The notes below the pieces were generated by a model. The model did no database searches and was not told the origin of the DNA. It saw only the letters and a list, made by a program, of their open reading frames with translations. Positions 9,078 through 18,704 of a stretch of 29,047 bases of DNA are shown here, one piece after another (the stretch's first letter is position 1; every line of letters begins with the position of its first letter). Source of the DNA: a virus. Made by a program: the position numbers and the translations under genes. Location: positions 1 to 29,047 of the IMG/VR virus record IMGVR_UViG_3300036846_001176; one strand, written 5' to 3'.

Positions 9078-9899
9078 TCACAGTCGCTCTGCGATCTCCT
9101 TGATGATGGTGGCGTTGTACCGCCGGACCTCCTGCTCGATCGTGCCGAGGTCAGGGAACATCTGTCGCAACTGACCGATCTGCTGATCGATATGCGCGAC
9201 GAGCTCCGTCTCGCCTTTGGCGGCGAAGCTCTCCCTGACCGTGGTGTGTTCGACCAGGGCCTTGGCGGCAAACGGGCGTAAGATAGCGCGGGGATGCCCC
9301 ATCGGGTCCCGCTCCAGTCCGCTGATCGCCTCGCGGCGGATCGATGTGCAGATGTCCTGGTAGGCAGCATAGAGCCGCCCGCCGGGCTGGATCACATCCT
9401 CATCGGGGATCAGTTTCCAACCGTCCTTTTCACGGTCCTTGACCACCCGTTCCTTGGAGACCCGCTCGATGTCAGCGAGCGTGTCGACCGAGGCCCATTG
9501 GAACACCTCGAGGTATTCCGGCGGGGATCGGTCCAAAAGCATATTTCCTAACGCATGCGCAACTTCTGCGCGGCCGACCATCTCCCCCGGCTTGCCGCCT
9601 CCGAAGGCGATCAAGGCACGTTGGTTGTAGGCGAGCCGCTCGACATCGTGCACGCGTTCGAAATGCCGTTGGTTGGGATCCGTCCGCCAGGCCACGAGGG
9701 GCCCGGCAAGGGCAGCGATCTGGTTATGACCAAGGGGTGCTGAGTGACCGAGCATGCTATGTAAATCTCTAAACATAGCAAGTGCAGGACCAGGGACACC
9801 AAAGCGAGCGCATTCGGCCAGCACTAACTGGAAGAAATCGCTCTGTGTAGCGGACAATGAAAGCGGGTTGCGGAGCATCTGTGCGATGTCCATTGCCAT
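9078..9899 (-). CDS. hypothetical protein (273 aa)
   Basis: Start MAMDIAQ after the leader motif; the ORF-track extension to 10085 runs through an ncRNA. Confidence 0.8.
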   Translation of the reverse strand: MAMDIAQMLRNPLSLSATQSDFFQLVLAECARFGVPGPALAMFRDLHSMLGHSAPLGHNQIAALAGPLVAWRTDPNQRHFERVHDVERLAYNQRALIAFGGGKPGEMVGRAEVAHALGNMLLDRSPPEYLEVFQWASVDTLADIERVSKERVVKDREKDGWKLIPDEDVIQPGGRLYAAYQDICTSIRREAISGLERDPMGHPRAILRPFAAKALVEHTTVRESFAAKGETELVAHIDQQIGQLRQMFPDLGTIEQEVRRYNATIIKEIAERL

Positions 9900-9986
9900 C
9901 GTGTGTCTTTCTGCCCGAGACAGCGGGCTCTCTGCCGACCACCACAATGATGGCCGAAAGACACGGATTACTTGATTGAATGGAGT

Positions 9987-10083
9987 GCAGGACCCGGAGT
10001 GGTACTCCTGGGTCCTGCGTCGCCGGGCCTGCCGCGCCATGCCTTGTTCGGCCGAGCCCTGTCCAGGCTCGCCATGCCCTGAC
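9987..10083 (-). ncRNA. GGC-NN guide-like small RNA B (1 unit, 10 NN)
   Basis: TTGCTT-16-TAGACT promoter (10117-10090), array, GGCA-GGCCCGGC, hairpin 9987-10018. Confidence 0.85.
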
Positions 10084-10125
10084 AAATGCAGTCTAGAGGC
10101 ATGGGCCGTAAAAGCAAGGCCGGCA

Positions 10126-10680
10126 TCAGTCCGGCTCCATAAAGCACCATGCGGGTTGGTCGTCGGGAGCTACGTTCGTGAGCAGGACGCAGCCGCCGAC
10201 ACCGATGGTGCCGTCGTCATCCGCCACGATCCACCTGAATAGAAGCTCGTTAAGTTTCTCCTGAAATTCTTTGTCTTCACGGATCAGTCTGTTAACGATC
10301 TCCATAACTTCAGTCGTGGTCTTGGCTTTGACGTTCAGCCTCAACCTGAGCGGACCGCCCATGTTGAGCTCCATCACGATCTGATAGAGGTGCGGCGCCA
10401 AGTCTTCCGGCGTCATCACCTTCTGCTCGCTCATGCGTTTCCAGTCGACCAGCGTGATGGCCTGGTCGTAGAGCAGTTCGAAGCTCAGATCGTCGTCGCC
10501 CTCGGCAGCCGGCTTGATGATCACCTCGCCGGTGTTCAGACCGACCAGCGTGACCGCCGCCTGCATCGCCGCATTGAGGACCATCGCCGAGTTGTCCTTG
10601 TCGATCCCCATCCGCATCAGGATGTGGTGCTCGACAGGCATCGGCTTGCCCTGGCCATGGCGGTACACCGACATGATCAT
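10126..10680 (-). CDS. hypothetical protein
   Basis: Long ORF, coupled to the upstream gene. Confidence 0.75.
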   Translation of the reverse strand: MIMSVYRHGQGKPMPVEHHILMRMGIDKDNSAMVLNAAMQAAVTLVGLNTGEVIIKPAAEGDDDLSFELLYDQAITLVDWKRMSEQKVMTPEDLAPHLYQIVMELNMGGPLRLRLNVKAKTTTEVMEIVNRLIREDKEFQEKLNELLFRWIVADDDGTIGVGGCVLLTNVAPDDQPAWCFMEPD

Positions 10681-11180
10681 GGGCGGCCTCGCCGCGGCTG
10701 GGCGTTGCGGTCGAAGAGTTCCAGACGCGGGAAGACGTTGACGACGTCCACGTCCTTGACCGACATCGGGTTCTGCATCTGCAGGCTTTCAACGAAAGCG
10801 CGCAGATCGTTGGGATCGACGATGCAGTCGAACCCCCATTTGGGCCAGCTGAGCGATCCCAGCATGACCTCAGTAATGACGTGTTTGGCCTCCATCTCGG
10901 AGGATGCCCGGCACTTAACCTGCGCCGGGAGTTCGAACACCAGGCTCACTCGTGCCTGGTAATCGATGATCGGCAGCTCGCGCTGCCGGTTGGGGGGTGG
11001 GTCGGCGTAGCGGACCTTGGCGGGCCCATCGGTGAGCTCGACCAGGACCTCGCGACCCTGGGCCAGCTCGCGCATGACGCGGCCGGCGTGTTTGGGTTCT
11101 CGCAGTTGACCCAGCATGGTGTGGGTCCTGACTTGAACGACGTCGCCAGAGTGTCTCTGGACGACCAGGAATAGGGCCAT
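10677..11180 (-). CDS. hypothetical protein
   Basis: GAAGGA RBS; first gene after the promoter at about 11304. Confidence 0.75.
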   Translation of the reverse strand: MALFLVVQRHSGDVVQVRTHTMLGQLREPKHAGRVMRELAQGREVLVELTDGPAKVRYADPPPNRQRELPIIDYQARVSLVFELPAQVKCRASSEMEAKHVITEVMLGSLSWPKWGFDCIVDPNDLRAFVESLQMQNPMSVKDVDVVNVFPRLELFDRNAQPRRGRP

Positions 11181-11303
11181 TGGTTGGTTCCTTCTTCTGC
11201 CCGGGACGGCGGGATGCCGCCCGGAGACCGCAAAAGGGGTTTCAGGAACCTGTGAAGAGTTTCCCCTGTGGGTAACTCTGTGGATGGTGGGGATGACTGA
11301 GCT

Positions 11304-11333
11304 TATATGGCGATTTTCGCCATACGCATCAAG
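11304..11333 (-). promoter_or_regulatory. leftward promoter with overlapping palindrome
   Basis: CTTGAT-N17-CCATATA; TATGGCGA...TCGCCATA inverted repeat overlaps it. Confidence 0.6.
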
Positions 11334-11790
11334 GCGATAGCCTAGTGCGGTGGGTTGGAATTTCGGATTGCCCGACGACAGAATTGGCGCTAGGGTCGGC
11401 GCCTTCCAAAAGGAGAAGGCCGGGAAGTAGGACCCCCCGGCCTTCGGTTTGGGAAGTTACGGTGTGAGGTTTCTGAGGCCATATCACACCGCGGAAGCGT
11501 CAGGGCTTGGTTGGTTGAGCAGTCCCTGTTGACGGCCGAGGATGTCGCGGCGTCGCCAGTTATATAAGCGTCGCAGAAACAACCGGCAAGCGCTTTCACG
11601 GTTCGGTCTACCTCCACACCGGGAAATTTTGTGTGACGGACTTCGATCCGTCATCTCGCGGTCGGGAGGAATATATTGTGAACACGCCGGTAACATCGAT
11701 TTCCTGCCAACCCGTTTCAAAGCTACGCGCAAAACTTGCCTACGGCGATGTGCTGCACAACCGGGAGTGCCGGTGGGGAGGGCCGCATGG

Positions 11791-12585
11791 ATGAGCGGGC
11801 GCCACGACGACGTCATGCGGATGGCGCAGGCGCTGGCCCGCAACGCCGGCTATGCCGTGTTCCCGGTGGGCGAGGACAAAAAGCCGTTCCCCCGCAGCCG
11901 GGGGTTCAAGGACGCCTCCAAGGATCCCGATGAGATCGCCGGGCTCTGGCGGCGCTGGCCGGGACCGCTGATCGGCATCGCCACCGGAGGGATCTCCAAC
12001 CGCATCGTGCTTGACCTCGACGCCAAGCACGACACCGCCCGCGCCTTCTGGCACACCTACCGCAAGCGCCTGCCCACCACCTTCTGCCAACGCACCAGGG
12101 GTGGCGGCTTTCACTTCTACTTCCGAGCCACCGCCCAGGTGCGCTGCTCCACCGGCCGCAACGATGCGGGCTTTCTCGGGGTCGATGTGCGGGGCGATGG
12201 CGGCTACGTCGTCAGCTGGCTCGCCGCCGGCTTTCCGGTTCTCTGCGAAGAACGCCCCACCGCATGGCCCGACTGGCTCACCGAGTTGGTGCAGCCGCGG
12301 CCGCCACCACCCCGGCGTGCCGAACCCTGGACCCCGCCCGAGCAGGCCTCCGCCGGCTTCGTGCGCGCCACCATCATCGGGTTGGTGCGATCCCTGGCCG
12401 AAACCAAGGAGGGCAACCGCAATGCCCACACCAACTGGAGCGCCTACCACCTGCGGGACCACATCCGCGCCGGTCACCTGACCCGCCGTGAGGCGGAGGC
12501 CGCCATCACCGAGGCCGCCCGCGCCACCGGGCTGCAAGACCGCGAGATCGCGCTCACCATCAACTCCGCCCTGAAGGGGGTGTGA
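11791..12585 (+). CDS. bifunctional DNA primase/polymerase (Prim-Pol N-terminal domain)
   Basis: YAVFPV...KKP...GFKDAS...IGIATG...VLDLD...TRGGGFHFYF...GVDVRGDGGYVV; C-terminal EGNRN. Confidence 0.92.
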   Translation: MSGRHDDVMRMAQALARNAGYAVFPVGEDKKPFPRSRGFKDASKDPDEIAGLWRRWPGPLIGIATGGISNRIVLDLDAKHDTARAFWHTYRKRLPTTFCQRTRGGGFHFYFRATAQVRCSTGRNDAGFLGVDVRGDGGYVVSWLAAGFPVLCEERPTAWPDWLTELVQPRPPPPRRAEPWTPPEQASAGFVRATIIGLVRSLAETKEGNRNAHTNWSAYHLRDHIRAGHLTRREAEAAITEAARATGLQDREIALTINSALKGV

Positions 12586-12586
12586 G

Positions 12587-13966
12587 ATGAGCGGCAATGG
12601 CGATGGCCATGGCAATGACCCGTACGACGATTTCGACGTGCCACCACCGTCGGAGGACTACCAGGAGGCCCATGGCTGGCGCGACGGCAAGCCGTCGCCG
12701 GAGACCGAGCGCGCCAAGGCCAAGCCCAACGGCAAGTACCATGGCCCTGAACCAGAGGGGGCGGACAAGGACGAGGTCCAACTCGACCAGATCTTCGAAT
12801 GGTCGGAAGACGCCTGGGACATCGCGGCCATTCCGCGCCGGCCATGGGTCGCACCGCCCTACCTCATGCGCCGCCAGATCACCCTGCTGCACGGGCCCGG
12901 CGGCGCCAGCAAGTCGCTGATCACCGTCTACTGGGCGATCGCGCTGGTGCTCGGCCGGCCATTCGGCCGGCTCGACCCGATCGGGCCGAAGCGGGTGCTG
13001 CTCGCCAACTTCGAGGATGACGAGGACGAACAGAAGCGCCGGATCAGCGCCGCCCTCGACTACTTCGGCGCCACCCCGGCCGATCTCGCCGGCAAGCTGC
13101 GCCGGGTCTATCTCGGCAAGAAGAGCGACGCGACCATGTTCACCCTGAGCCTGCTCGGCCAGGTGACCACCACCACGCCATGGGAGGCTTTCCTATGGCA
13201 TTGCAAGACCTTCCGCCCTGACGTTGTCAGCCTCGATCCGTTCATAGCGGTCAATGCCGCGGGCGAGAGCAACAATGAGGCGATGCGGCGGGTGATGACG
13301 ATCTTCCGCACCAGCATGCTGATGCCGTTCGAGTGCGCCTTTCTGCTCGCCCATCACGATGTCAAAGGCTCGGATGACGACACCGCCTCCGAGACCGCCA
13401 GCGCGCGCGGCGCCGGCGATATCACCAATGCCGTCCGCTTCGAGCTTGCGGTGCGCCGGATGACGTCTTCCCAGGCCGAGAGCTTCGGTATCGAGCCCGA
13501 CAAGCGCACGCCGTTCTTTCGGTTGGGCTCGGAGGACAGCAAGCGCAACTACGCCGCACCCGCTGCGGCCGAATGGTTCGAGCGCGACGAGCGCGACATC
13601 AACGAGGAGATGGTGGTGATCTGCCGGCCATGGGAGCCGCCCGATGGCCGGCTTGACCCGGATCAGGCTGCGGCGATCGAGGCCGACATCGCCAAGGGGT
13701 GGTCGAACGGCAAGGAGACCATGCCCTGGTCGCCGCTGCTAGGCGACAACACCCGATCGGTGGCAGCGTTGCTCGAGCGCCATGGGCTCATCACCCGGGC
13801 GACCCAACGGCAGGCACTGCGACAGCTCATGCGAAAGCACGGCGTGACCAAGGCGCCCTTCAGACGACCCGGCCATGGCACCAACGAGCGCAACGGCCTG
13901 CGCACGGCCAATGGCGATCCGCACAACTTTGAGTGGAAAGACCAGGATATGGAGGCTGGCGGATGA
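12587..13966 (+). CDS. AAA/RecA-like (RepA-type) replicative helicase
   Basis: Walker A GPGGASKS, NFEDD, VSLDP, LLAHHDVK, ARGAG; follows the primase. Confidence 0.9.
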   Translation: MSGNGDGHGNDPYDDFDVPPPSEDYQEAHGWRDGKPSPETERAKAKPNGKYHGPEPEGADKDEVQLDQIFEWSEDAWDIAAIPRRPWVAPPYLMRRQITLLHGPGGASKSLITVYWAIALVLGRPFGRLDPIGPKRVLLANFEDDEDEQKRRISAALDYFGATPADLAGKLRRVYLGKKSDATMFTLSLLGQVTTTTPWEAFLWHCKTFRPDVVSLDPFIAVNAAGESNNEAMRRVMTIFRTSMLMPFECAFLLAHHDVKGSDDDTASETASARGAGDITNAVRFELAVRRMTSSQAESFGIEPDKRTPFFRLGSEDSKRNYAAPAAAEWFERDERDINEEMVVICRPWEPPDGRLDPDQAAAIEADIAKGWSNGKETMPWSPLLGDNTRSVAALLERHGLITRATQRQALRQLMRKHGVTKAPFRRPGHGTNERNGLRTANGDPHNFEWKDQDMEAGG

Positions 13967-13969
13967 CGG

Positions 13970-14120
13970 CGACCAACCTTGTCAGAGTTGGTCGAAAGTT
14001 GGTCGCAAGTTGGTCGGCGACCAACTTCTTCCAGGGCCCCCGTACGGACCAAGTTGGTCGACCTGGTTGGTCGGCCAAACTTGGTCGCCCATCCGGGGGC
14101 CCTGGTCGCAAACTTGGTCG
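13970..14120 (+). repeat. TTGGTCG iteron-like cluster, candidate replication origin
   Basis: About 8 direct and 2 inverted copies immediately after the helicase stop. Confidence 0.7.
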
Positions 14121-14294
14121 GATTTGGGGTCGCGCTGACAACCACCGGGGGTAGCGCAACCAGGAAGAGAAGGGAGATTGGTCGGCCACGCCGCGCTTGA
14201 CGGCAGATGGTCGACAGGGTCCGATGGGCGGGCCGACCCGGAGCCTCAACTCCCCGGGCCAGCCCTGACCAACCCACGCAATGGAGCTGCGCAG

Positions 14295-14834
14295 ATGGCT
14301 GAGCCAAGATCACCTCACCGGACGGCCCATCGCAATACGCCGAGCGCCTGGGGCGACGCCGCCCAAGACCGGGACGCCGGTCACGATGCTTTCCAGGCCG
14401 ACGTCTACCGGTACTGGATCAACAACATAGGCAACGAAGCTGCGGTTCTGACGCGACATATCCGCGACCAAGAATTCACCTTCGTCGTCGATAAGGTCCG
14501 CATCGAATTCCCATTCACCGAGAATGGCCGACTGATCGGGTTCGCTGACGTCGCAGTTCAACTATTATCCGGTCACGTGCCGTGGTGGCTCTACTTTGAA
14601 ATCAAGCCACGGATCGGTTCCGTCGGTGCGCTCATCAGGCAATGCAGGGCGACAGAAGTGCTCGTTAGGCGATCGGGTAACAACGGCGCCGGATGGCGGG
14701 AGAATTTCCAGGTCCTTGCGACCGTCTATCAGGATGATCCGAAGCTAGCGTTGTTGCAGGAACTGTACGGCGAGGTTTGGACCCGACTGCGACCAACGGA
14801 ACCTTTGATGGCCGAACCTGACACCCTAACCTGA
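14295..14834 (+). CDS. hypothetical protein, possible PD-(D/E)XK fold
   Basis: IEFP...FADV...YFEIK spacing. Confidence 0.55.
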   Translation: MAEPRSPHRTAHRNTPSAWGDAAQDRDAGHDAFQADVYRYWINNIGNEAAVLTRHIRDQEFTFVVDKVRIEFPFTENGRLIGFADVAVQLLSGHVPWWLYFEIKPRIGSVGALIRQCRATEVLVRRSGNNGAGWRENFQVLATVYQDDPKLALLQELYGEVWTRLRPTEPLMAEPDTLT

Positions 14835-14919
14835 CAATCCGACTTGTCAGATCGTCAGGCCAATCCGTCAGGCCACTTCGTCACCCCGATGGCCGACCTC
14901 AACCAGCCAGGAGGCTCAC

Positions 14920-15138
14920 GTGAAACGCATCGACGTTCCCATCAGCGCCCTCTACATCCGGGTGCCACGCTCCCTGCATCGCCAACTCAAGCAGGCCGCC
15001 AAGGCCGCCAACCAGTCGCTGAACACCTACCTCGTCGATATCATCAACGAGGAACTTGATGGCCGACTGACCCAGAGAGGCCGAGCCAATGCCCGATCCC
15101 GCTTGGTGGCACCAGAAAACCAGCCGGTGGACCGATGA
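14920..15138 (+). CDS. ribbon-helix-helix (HicB/Arc-like) protein
   Basis: LYIRVPRSLHRQLKQAA...SLNTYL; AGGAGG RBS. Confidence 0.8.
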   Translation: MKRIDVPISALYIRVPRSLHRQLKQAAKAANQSLNTYLVDIINEELDGRLTQRGRANARSRLVAPENQPVDR

Positions 15139-15481
15139 GGTGATGGCCGGCATCACCCAACGCATCGATGCCGGCGAACGGGTGAGCGTCATCGCCCGTG
15201 AGTTCACCGTCTCCCCACACCGGCTGCGCGACGTGGTGCACCGCTACCACCGCCGGCAGGCCTCCCGGGCAGCCCACGCCAGATACGACGCCCACCTCGC
15301 CCGCCTCCTGGTCGATCCGGAATACGCCAGGCCTTACGCCGAGGAGGACGACGTTGAGCGTGAGGAGCGAATGGCCAGGGCAAAGCAGGAGGCCGAGGCC
15401 AACGCAGAACGCCTGAAAGCCTACCGCGCCTATGCCGACGAGCACGATGGCCGAATGTGGGATCCGGCCTCGATCCGCTAG
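15089..15481 (+). CDS. hypothetical protein with possible HTH
   Basis: GERVSVIAREFTVS. Confidence 0.6.
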   Translation: MPDPAWWHQKTSRWTDEVMAGITQRIDAGERVSVIAREFTVSPHRLRDVVHRYHRRQASRAAHARYDAHLARLLVDPEYARPYAEEDDVEREERMARAKQEAEANAERLKAYRAYADEHDGRMWDPASIR

Positions 15482-15556
15482 ACCGTCATGGCCGACCTCA
15501 CACCCGCCTGTGCTAGCCTCGCCGTGACGTCCTGATCCGCTGAGAGGAGCTCCAGC

Positions 15557-16972
15557 ATGTCCGACCGTTCAGACCGAGGCCGCAGCCCCACCGCGCAAGC
15601 CGCCCTCGCCCCCGAAGTCTCGCCCGACGGCGCCCGCATCAACACCCCCACGGGCTGGCTCATCGATGCCGACGGCAATCGGTTCTCCTTGGTCCGCACC
15701 GCCGACAAAGGCATGCAGATCCGCATCAACGCGTTCGTGGATCAGATCACGCAGTACGTCCTCGCCCTGCAGATGCAGGACGGCACCTGCTACCAGGAAA
15801 CCTCGACCTCCGGCTGGTACGTCTACGGCGGCGCGCCAGGCAACTGGACCAGCAGCCCTGCACCCCCCGGCAGTGGCGCTGGGGGTGGCGGCGGTGGTGG
15901 CGGCGGTGGCCCCACCCCGCCAGTCTCCGGCGGCCTCACCGTGCGCAATGGCCGTGTCGTCGACGACAAGGGCAACGACGTGCACCTGCGTGGGCCAAAT
16001 CTCAGGTTCATGAATTGGCCGGACAACCAGAACTCGGTGATGATGCATCCGATCGCCGATCGGCAGCGTTGCCTGCCGGTGCTCGACACCCTGCCCGGCA
16101 TGAACGTCGTCAGGTTCGATGCCTTCGAAAGTATGACCCAGTTCGACGCCGCATCGCCGCAGAACATCATTCCCTACATCGATGCCATCGTGAACAACGG
16201 CGTGTTCTGCGAGGTCGAGTGCCACATCTATCCCACCCTGCTGCAGGGCGGCGACCTCGAGCGCGTCTGCGGCTGGTACTCGCAACTCGCCCGCCACTAC
16301 AAAGACAATCCGAAAGTCATCTGGGGCACGCAGAATGAACCCGGCGGCGGGCCGGATGGTGAAATCAACCGGATCTACGATGCTATCCGAAACGAGGGCA
16401 ATCAGAATTTGATCCTGATGTGCCCGGAAGGCGGATGGTCGTGGTCGAACATGAACCCGGTCAACTACCAGCGCCTGCGCAATGTCGCTTGGGATTTCCA
16501 CTACTACGGCTGGATCCCCAACTATTCCATGGACCCCGCCGTCAACGATCAGGTCCTGCTCGACAACTACAACGGCTCGCTGCGCTTCCAGTCGGCCGAC
16601 GGCAACATCCCGATGTTCGTCGGCGAATTCAGTCCATGCGGCTTCCAGAACTCGAACGCGATTTTCGTGGAAAACGCCTTCTGGATGGACCCCAACGGCC
16701 TCTTGGTCATCGATAGCGTCTACCGCGCGCCGTTCCTCTCGGGTTGGATGCAATGGTTCTGGAATACCCCGGAGACCTCGGCCAGCAACGGGATCGGATT
16801 TTTGCTGAAACCGGATGGCAATTACAACGGCAGCGCCGTTACCGATCACGGCGGCAAGCAGATGGTCGAAGCGCTCCGCCGCGGCTCGCCGGCGGCCGCC
16901 TCGGCTAGCGCCCAAAGCGACGCCAGCGCCGCCGCCGTCGATCAGCGCCAGACCCAGACCAGGGGCCGCTAA
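15557..16972 (+). CDS. glycoside hydrolase family 5-like protein
   Basis: LTVRNGRVVD..G..VHLRGPN, GMNVVR, NEP (acid/base), FHYY, FVGEF (nucleophile); N-terminal domain plus Gly/Pro linker. Confidence 0.85.
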   Translation: MSDRSDRGRSPTAQAALAPEVSPDGARINTPTGWLIDADGNRFSLVRTADKGMQIRINAFVDQITQYVLALQMQDGTCYQETSTSGWYVYGGAPGNWTSSPAPPGSGAGGGGGGGGGGPTPPVSGGLTVRNGRVVDDKGNDVHLRGPNLRFMNWPDNQNSVMMHPIADRQRCLPVLDTLPGMNVVRFDAFESMTQFDAASPQNIIPYIDAIVNNGVFCEVECHIYPTLLQGGDLERVCGWYSQLARHYKDNPKVIWGTQNEPGGGPDGEINRIYDAIRNEGNQNLILMCPEGGWSWSNMNPVNYQRLRNVAWDFHYYGWIPNYSMDPAVNDQVLLDNYNGSLRFQSADGNIPMFVGEFSPCGFQNSNAIFVENAFWMDPNGLLVIDSVYRAPFLSGWMQWFWNTPETSASNGIGFLLKPDGNYNGSAVTDHGGKQMVEALRRGSPAAASASAQSDASAAAVDQRQTQTRGR

Positions 16973-17211
16973 GTCCTTGGCGCAAAAGTCTGACGAGGAA
17001 AAACCGGGGTCTGCTTGTTACGTTTGCGGACAGTCAAATGCCCACTTCGGCTATGGCCGTCCGCTCACGCCCTGGCCGGAAATCCGCTGGGTCTGTAGCA
17101 CCCATCGGACCGACATGGTCGTCATGATCGCACGCCGCCGACAGGGAGCTCCCGATGTTCCGCCCGCGCTCCCTGTTGCGTCGCCTCACCGACCGGCCGT
17201 TCGATCGCTCC

Positions 17212-17409
17212 ATGGCCGGTAAGCCACCCTTCACCGTCACCGTGACGCGCCAGGAGACCGGCGCGCGCGCCTCCGCCGAGTTCAGCGCCGACACCCTGCA
17301 GGGCGCGTTCGAGGCCGCGATCGGCGAGTGCCAGCGCATTGGCTGGCTGCAAGCCGAGCTGCTCTCACCGGAGCCGTCCGAGCAACCCAAGCCAAGGAAC
17401 CCGTCATGA
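17212..17409 (+). CDS. hypothetical protein
   Basis: ATGA coupling to the next gene. Confidence 0.5.
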   Translation: MAGKPPFTVTVTRQETGARASAEFSADTLQGAFEAAIGECQRIGWLQAELLSPEPSEQPKPRNPS

Positions 17410-17690
17410 GCGACCGCCCCGACCGTCCCGATCAGCCGACGCCCACGCCCACGCCGACGCCGACGTCCCCGCTCCCGCCTGGTCAGCGCCCGCCGGGCCA
17501 GGTCCCGCCGGGCCAGCCCCAGCCGGGCGAGCCCGGTCAGCCGCGTCGCGACGATCAGCCCGATCCGTCCGACGAACCCGTTCCCGTGCCCACCGAGCCG
17601 CCGGCGCCGACCCCGCCGCCGCCCGATCCCAACATCCCGCCGGCGCGCGAGGCGCCAGCGCCCGGCGAACCCCAGCCGCCCGCCGCCTGA
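17406..17690 (+). CDS. Pro-rich low-complexity protein
   Basis: AAGGA RBS; PT and PPGQ repeats. Confidence 0.55.
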   Translation: MSDRPDRPDQPTPTPTPTPTSPLPPGQRPPGQVPPGQPQPGEPGQPRRDDQPDPSDEPVPVPTEPPAPTPPPPDPNIPPAREAPAPGEPQPPAA

Positions 17691-17694
17691 GCCC

Positions 17695-18018
17695 GTGGGC
17701 CGACTGACCGAGTATCTCCGGAGCCTCGATCCGGACACGCCGCCTGCGGCCTCCCCAGCCCCGGGAAACGCCATCCCATCCAATGAGATGACGTCCCAGG
17801 AGATGGAGAGGCCGCAGTTCAGCGTCTCGGTCGTCGGCCCCGACGGCGCCGGCGCCACCCTCGTCCGCCACCTCGACGCCGACACCGCCGGCCACTGGGC
17901 GCGGCGCGTCATGCGCTCGGTCGACGCCCAACTCGGCCTGATCGAATACATCCTGATCACCGACAGCGCCGGCCACTGCTCCTGGGCCTGGCACGCCCGC
18001 CGCGGCGTGCTGCCCTGA
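17695..18018 (+). CDS. hypothetical protein
   Basis: Position in the operon. Confidence 0.55.
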   Translation: MGRLTEYLRSLDPDTPPAASPAPGNAIPSNEMTSQEMERPQFSVSVVGPDGAGATLVRHLDADTAGHWARRVMRSVDAQLGLIEYILITDSAGHCSWAWHARRGVLP

Positions 18019-18176
18019 TGGCCGGCAAGCCCCCCTCGATTACCTGCCCGCGCTGCGGCCTGACCAGCTACCTCCCGATGGACATCGTCGAGGGCTACTG
18101 CGCCAGGTGCCACGCCTGGACCTCGCCACCCGCGGAAAGTTCCCGACGTCGGGAAGTTCTCCGCAGCCGGTCCTGA
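18018..18176 (+). CDS. small zinc-finger protein (below the ORF-track cut-off)
   Basis: MAGKPPSITCPRCG...GYCARCH; TGATG coupling. Confidence 0.65.
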   Translation: MAGKPPSITCPRCGLTSYLPMDIVEGYCARCHAWTSPPAESSRRREVLRSRS

Positions 18177-18182
18177 CCACCC

Positions 18183-18704
18183 ATGGCCAGCAGGATGGCC
18201 GAGCCCGATCGCAAGCGCCTCGCGCAGCTGCTCGGCATGGTCGGTAGCACCCAGGACGGCGAGGCCCTCAACGCCGCCCGCCTCGCCCACCGCATGGTGC
18301 AGCGCCTCAACCTGTCATGGGCCGATGTCCTCGATCCGCCGCCGCCGGTCTCCACCGCGGTTGACCTGGAGAGCTACAATCGCGGTCTCGCGCAGGGCTA
18401 CCAGCGCGGCCTCGAGGCCGGCCTGCAGGCGTGGCGCATGTCGGCCAAGCCACCCGGCCCACACCAGGCATGGGGCGCGCGGCCGCCGCCTCCACCGGAG
18501 CCGGAGGTGCCGGAGCAGCAGCCCTGGCAGCGCGAGGCCAGCGAGTTGCTCGAGGCGTTCCCGTTCCCGCTCACGCTCACCCGCTGGGAGCGCGAGTTCC
18601 TCGGTGCCATCGAAGCCCGTGCCTACCCGCTTACTCCGAAGCAGCAGGCACGGATGGCCGAGATCCGCGAGAAGTGCGCGCGCGCTTCACCGGTCGGCGG
18701 CTGA
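18183..18704 (+). CDS. hypothetical phage protein
   Basis: LLGMVGSTQDGEALNAAR...WEREFL...LTPKQ. Confidence 0.75.
   Translation: MASRMAEPDRKRLAQLLGMVGSTQDGEALNAARLAHRMVQRLNLSWADVLDPPPPVSTAVDLESYNRGLAQGYQRGLEAGLQAWRMSAKPPGPHQAWGARPPPPPEPEVPEQQPWQREASELLEAFPFPLTLTRWEREFLGAIEARAYPLTPKQQARMAEIREKCARASPVGG

Noticed and set aside
11250-11297. DnaA-box-like words (TGTGGGTAA, TGTGGATGG)
   Set aside because: All are imperfect, and the iteron cluster is a better origin candidate.
15569-18290. Long antisense ORFs (15569..16915, 17034..18290; also 11740..12615 and 4756..5685)
   Set aside because: They are shadow ORFs of genuine high-GC genes on the opposite strand.
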